Shown: in pieces, positions 58,231 to 64,000 of the stretch | Position numbering within the stretch: position 1 is the stretch's first letter | Layout of the letters: every line of letters starts with the position of its first letter | DNA from: the human T2T-CHM13v2.0 reference genome, Homo sapiens | Strand: one strand, 5' to 3' | Length of the DNA stretch: 64,000 bases | Assembly: GCF_009914755.1 (NCBI RefSeq) | Contig: NC_060931.1 | Position numbers and translations under genes: made by a program | Notes under the pieces: model-generated | What the model saw: the letters and a program-made list of their open reading frames with translations, nothing else | The model's database searches: none | Told to the model about the DNA's origin: nothing

Positions 58231-58654
58231 AGTTTATTTAAGAACAGAAGTTGAGGACTGCAGTCCAGGACACATTTCCAGTTTGCCTTGGGGAGTACTC
58301 CAGAGAACAAGAGAGGCTCAAGTTTTAAAGAAAAAAGACAAATGAGGGGCAGGGACAATTACAAAAGTTGTTCTTCAGGAATTCTCATTGGCTTACAGAA
58401 ATGGCATTAGTTAGTGATTGCCTATACATTGTTGAGCTATAGGGTGTAACGCATTTTTTGGCTACTTGGCCTCAGTCTAGAGCTTGCATAGCAAGTGGCT
58501 TTAAGCGGTAATTATTTAGCTCAAGGTGGAATGACTTCTGGGTCTGCTAATTTAAAGGGGCTTGCATTCCTCAGATAAGTTTTCTTTTTCTTTCTCTATT
58601 TTATCAAATCTTACTTCAGTTTACTGTGTATATGCAGTTACATGTTAATGACCT

Positions 58655-58760
58655 TTATATGAATATACATGTTAATGAACATGTATATGAACATGTATAT
58701 GTTAATGAACATGAATATACATGTTCATATACATGTTCATTAACATGTGTATTCATATAA
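58655..58760. repeat. AT-rich inverted repeat, 46-bp arms, 14-nt spacer
   Basis: 58655-58700 is the reverse complement of 58715-58760 at 45/46 positions. Confidence 0.95.
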
Positions 58761-58854
58761 CGTTCCAATGACTTTAAAGTGGAAAAACAGAATGATAGCG
58801 TCTTAATGTTAGTGCCTCAAGTACCATTAGCGTGAAAATCAGCTTCCTTAATCC

Positions 58855-59799
58855 TGAGGCAGGATATATCCCTGACCCCTTTGCGGGACTCACAACAGGG
58901 TACCTCCTTTACTCAGCCCACCGTTCTCAACTCCTCGCAGGAGGGAGCACACGAGCGAATGAGGTGGGAACTGGAGTGCACGAGCACTGGAGCTGACTGG
59001 CTGCTTCAGAGCTGATGGGATCAAACTCCACTCAGATCCACTGCATTCCACCCCTCGTGGAGGGAGTGCACAGGTGAGTGGGTACAGGAGCCAAAGCGAG
59101 CGCTTTTGGACACCGGCAGGAGCAAACTCTGTGCAGGCCCTGCAGCAACATCTAGGTGGGGGTGCTTGTGACCCCCAAAGCCCCAGAGGGTGTGTTACAG
59201 TGTTCATTTCGCTCTTCCATCTGCAAACAGCTTAAGTGTTAACAGATCAGTGGGCCCTCTGCCTTTTTGCATGAGGCAGGTGTCCTCCACCAGGGCAGTG
59301 TGACCGCCTTTTGTATCCACACTCGTGGCTCCCAAGCTCTTGTCCAGCGTCCAGGAAAAATGAGGTCGCTTGAACGAATTGAAGGGTGGTAAATGCAGGG
59401 GATTTTATTGCCAATGAAAGTGGCTCTCAGTGGAAAGGGGAGCTGAAAAAGAGATGGGGCAGGTAGGTAAGCTTCCCCTGAAGTCCAGCCATCTCCAACC
59501 AGATTCTTTTCCAAAGTTAGGCCATCAAGCTGTCCCTCTGAAGTCAAGCCACTTCTCTCCAGTGTCCAGCCGTAGTCCCTGACATCTAGCTGCGTCTCTC
59601 TGCCAGCTGAGTCAGGGGTTTTTATAGGCACAGGATGGGGGCTGGGCAGGCCATGGATAGTTTAATGAAAGGCAATATTCTAGTGGAAAAACAAGTTCTC
59701 ACTTTGGGCCACGGGTTTCAGGCTTTTCCACTTCAAGGTGGTGTTTTATTGGGGACCCACCCTTTTCTGCCTAGAATATCTCTACCTCCATCCCTATCA
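58855..59799 (-). mobile_element. MER52/LTR27-group ERV1 solo LTR
   Basis: Reverse reads TGATAGGGATGGAGGTAGAGATATTCTAGGCAGAAAAGG...GGGGTCAGGGATATATCCTGCCTCA; TATAAA and AATAAA on the minus strand. Confidence 0.8.
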
Positions 59800-60087
59800 A
59801 TATATGTTGACACAAGCAAAATGTCATTTTATATAATAGAGTCCTGATATTCTGTTTCACTGTGGTGGGATTCTCATAATAACAATTTCTACGTTAAAAT
59901 TAAAATACACATTATCTATTTTCATGCTCATAATCCAAGTACTCCAATTTAAGGAATGTGAAATAATAGCTCTTTAATTCTAGGGAAAAAATAGAAGATA
60001 ACAGCCTTTATTCACTTGAATGTATAAAAGTACATGCTTTAAACTAAGATACTTATTTCCATTTAATTTAAAAACAAACTTCTTGAT

Positions 60088-60655
60088 GGGCTCAGTGACA
60101 CATGCTTGTAATCCCAGCCCTTTGGGAGACCAGGGTGGGAAGATTGCTTGATCCTAGGTGTTTGAGAGCAGCCTGGGCAACGAAAAATGAAATAATTAAC
60201 TGGGTGCAGTGGTGCACGCCTGTAGTCCCAGCTACTCAGGCTGAAGTGGAAGGACCACTTGAGCACAGGAGGCCGAGGCTGCAGTGAGCCCTGATCACAC
60301 CAGTGCACAGCAGCTTGAGTGACAGAGCAAGACCCTGTCTCTTAAAAACAGAACAAGGCCAGGCACGGTGGCCTATAATCCCAGCACTTTGGGAGGCTGA
60401 GGCGGGTGGATCACTTGAGGTCAGGAGTTCAAGACCAGCCTGGCCAACATGATGAAACCCCGTCTCTACTAAAAATACAAAAATTGGCCGGCTGTGGTGG
60501 CAGGTGCCTGTAATCCAAGCTACTCGGGAGGCTGAGGCAGGAGAATCGCCTAAATCCAGGAGGTGGAAGTTTCTGTGAGCCAAGAGCATGCCACTGCACT
60601 CCAGACTGGGCGACAGAGCCAGACTGTGTCTCAAGAAAAATAAAAAATAAAAAAT
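60088..60655 (+). mobile_element. Tandem Alus (AluJ 60088-60355, AluS 60357-60655)
   Basis: Alu consensus matches. Confidence 0.9.
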
Positions 60656-62005
60656 CTTACTTTTAATTGGTAAGTCTCAAAAGTACCATTTTACCTCTGC
60701 AGTATACACTTTATATTTCTGAACATCTAATGCAGTCATGAAAATGTTGTCATATTGAGGTATAGGAGTGTAAAGCGCAGCTGTTTCAAATCTATACTTG
60801 ACAAATACAGTGATTTGTTGCCAACTTTGTAGTCGAGTGAGGAATAAATGCCAATTGCTTTGTAGTATTGACTTTTCAAGAGATATGAGAAAGAAACCAT
60901 AACTGAGAAGAAAACATGTCTGATGCCCAGGGCTTTTTCGTTTTCTTTTGTTTTAAGCAGAAAACATGACAGAGCTTTGACTTTGCTGCCTAAAATATTA
61001 TGACTATTAAGAAAATAAATACTTTGTGCTTCTGAGTGAAAAGAAAAAATCTCTGAGATACCGAGAAAGGAAGCAAAGAGGCAGAGCAGTTGTGAAGCAC
61101 TCTCCTTCCTTCTGTAAGCCGTTGATATACGTAGGGTCCATGGATGTGGTTAATGTGTGTGCTAATAGTTTGGCAGTGTGGCTTCTATTTGCCGTATGGT
61201 TCTCTGGCAGTGGAACATAGTGCATTGTTAAAAAGTGAACAGAGGGTATTCCTGAAGTACTCAGAGTTCACACTAGGGTACTATGTTACTTTGTTTTTGT
61301 AGTTTTCTTGTTTTCTCAGTCTTTTTTTCTGAGGACAAAGTAAATGGAATCTGACTAGAGGACACCAATTTGGTTTATAAACTATGACAAAGCATGGTAA
61401 TTTTTATTACTGGAGGACAAACATGTCACCCTTTCTTGCATAGTTCATTTAGCATTTAGAAAAATTGCTTTTTTATTCCTTGTGATCAGAGTCAGCTTTT
61501 ACTTTTTAGAAATCAGCTATTGTCTTATTTTTCCCTCCTCTTCTCCCTTAGTAATCTTGTAAATCTAAAAATTAGAATCAAAATAGATTTGGCCACATGA
61601 ATATTGGTTACATACAAAGTCATATTTGAAATTTGTGTGATTTAGTAGCAGCCTTTCTGGGGATATTTGATACATTTTTTATGCATTGTATGTATTAATG
61701 CCCTACCAGACATCTTTTTTTTTTTAAGAGAAAAGCAAACAGAAGTTTATTAACATGATTACCTTGTGAATACATGGGAGATAACTCAGAAATGAGAAAA
61801 TCTCAAGAGTAGATCTCAAAGAGGTGGCTTCAACTTCAGACTTACACACTTCATTCCCCAACACAAAGAATGAAGGGTGTAGGCCAGACAACCCTCATTC
61901 TCTGTTAAGACTACCTGGTGAAGAAGTGCAGGGTAAACAAAAGTGAGGTTTGTTATGCAGATTGAACTTGTGCTTTTTGTGTTGATAAGAGTTTCCAGTG
62001 ATTTA

Positions 62006-62304
<299 letters not shown>

Positions 62305-63070
62305 TCATCCTTCTCTTCCTGGTACAGAAAGGAAGACACTCTTACAAATGTAGATATTCTTTATAAAATAAATTTCTCTTACAAAAATACAACTTTTACT
62401 GTTTTCAGAGCTTCTCCTGTGTCTGTTTCCCAAAATAATCAGTTTAAAGTAATCCTGTGCCAAAGAGGCATATTTGGAATGGCATATACTGGTGTCCTAC
62501 AGACATATTTTGGGGTGTCATGTCCTGAACTCTACAGTTGGCTCCCTCCGCCTTATGGAAATGTAAATAAAATCTTTGGAGACCATTGGTTTCCACTGAG
62601 CTCCTTCATCAGCTCCAACAGACCAAACCAAGTTAGAGGTCCCTCCTGCTAAAGTTCGACGTCACCAATCTAAGTTATCTGACCTGAGAAATCAGGAGAA
62701 AGAGAAACAAAAGTCAAATCCCCAAACAGGCTAGTTTTAGCTGGCATGATAAGGGAGTCTCCTCTGCTTTAACCCTTAAAAGGAAAGTAACTTTGAAACT
62801 ACTGATTTACTTTTTGTTCCTTATTTCTGCTTTCTTCAGCCTTTTACCCATCCCAAAATACTCACTACCCACATTGCAGAGATGAGCTCTCTCAACTTCT
62901 TGTTCTGAAGGTTACGTGACTGGTGAATTGTTCTTTGCTCAAATAAACTGTTAAATTTATCTTGGCAGACTCTATTTTGATCCCCAAATTTGATTTAGAT
63001 TTGGGGCCATTAAATTTCACTATTTAATAATAACCCTACTGGATGAGAATAAGTGTTTCTCAATTTCTGG

Positions 63071-63444
63071 TGATATGGTTTGGCTGTGTCCCCACCCAGA
63101 ATCTCATCTTGAATTATATTCCCCATAATCCCCACGTGTCAATGGCAGGACCAGGTAGAGGTAATTGGATCATGGGGGCAGTTTCCCCCATGCATTTCTC
63201 TTGATAGTGAATGAATCTCATGAGATCTGATGGTTTTATAAATATCTGGCATTTCCCCTGCTTGCACTCACTCCATTCCACTGCCCTGTGAAGCAGGTGC
63301 CTGCTTCTCCTTTGCCTTCCGCCATGATTATAAGTTTCCTGAGGTTTCCTCCCTAGCATTACAGAACTGTGAGTTAATTAAACCTTTCCTTTATAAATTA
63401 CCCAGTCTCAGGTGTTTTTTCATAGCAGTATGAGGACTGATATA
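63071..63444 (+). mobile_element. THE1 (D-like) solo LTR
   Basis: TGATATGGTTTGGCTGTGTCCCCACCCA...GACTGATATA; 5-bp TSD TCTGG at 63066-63070 and 63445-63449. Confidence 0.92.
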
Positions 63445-64000
63445 TCTGGGTACTTAACATTGGTTTTCGTCTGTGGTTTTTTTACATATACTTAGGGCTG
63501 CCATGTACAGCTATATATGTACTTCACGACACAATTGCAGGGAGAGCCATTCATGTAAATGACAATGTCTGTGGTTCTCCCTGGAGCTGTGCAGTGAGGC
63601 AGCCTACTACACTTATCATCACTTCTGTGGTGCTGGTTAGTTTAATTGGCATTACTATTTAAATTGTCTTGATTCAACTGAGTATTTAAGAGTCTCATGT
63701 TAACTTCCAAGAGAATTCCTCTTTAGCCTCTGTGCCATGAAATTTTGTGTCTGTGTGGATTAATTTGGATATATAGAAAGGGGACAGATATTCAGTCAGT
63801 ATTTAAAACATGAAAAACATACAATTTAAGATTTAAATATACCATCAATTTGGAAATAACATTCTTTTTTTTTCATGCTTAATCTCTGATAATTAGGGAT
63901 TATCAGATAGCAACTGGGCATTCTACAATTCAGTCATATTGTGACATTACTCAGTTAACATCAAACTCTGTAAGGGCTCACTCAGTCCCACAAAACTGCC

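Overview
This is primate genomic DNA, almost certainly human; the divergent LSM5/AVL9 pair is the 7p14 locus from my own recognition, not a database search. It is not microbial, and there are no CRISPR arrays, rRNAs or tRNAs. Two real genes are present. (1) The complete 5-exon LSM5 gene on the minus strand, CDS 17539->14434, 276 nt, 91 aa, assembled by hand; its intron 2 is a minor-spliceosome (U12-type) intron. (2) The CpG-island promoter, first coding exon (22875-22967) and the first 41 kb of intron 1 of AVL9 on the plus strand. Nearly all other ORFs in the track are Alu, L1, ERV or tandem-repeat artefacts. AVL9 intron 1 holds a 17-copy 92-bp minisatellite with higher-order structure, and a 15.2-kb MER4-family ERV1 provirus with intact TSDs. 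That provirus sits inside an older LTR and itself hosts an HML-2 LTR5 containing a HERV-H LTR7, plus a THE1A element with an abnormal 65-bp flanking duplication, an MST LTR, a MER61-type deleted provirus and several Alus. I found no convincing new protein-coding system. The best leads are: a sense-oriented LTR7 with an extra enhancer repeat followed by strong splice donors (candidate alternative AVL9 promoter); an ungapped 190-bp, ~80% identical duplication between LSM5 intron 3 and its 3' region; the minisatellite made of tandem 5' splice-site motifs; and a 46-bp near-perfect palindrome. Repeat subfamily names are from memory of consensus sequences and need RepeatMasker/Dfam confirmation; repeat boundaries without a stated TSD are approximate.
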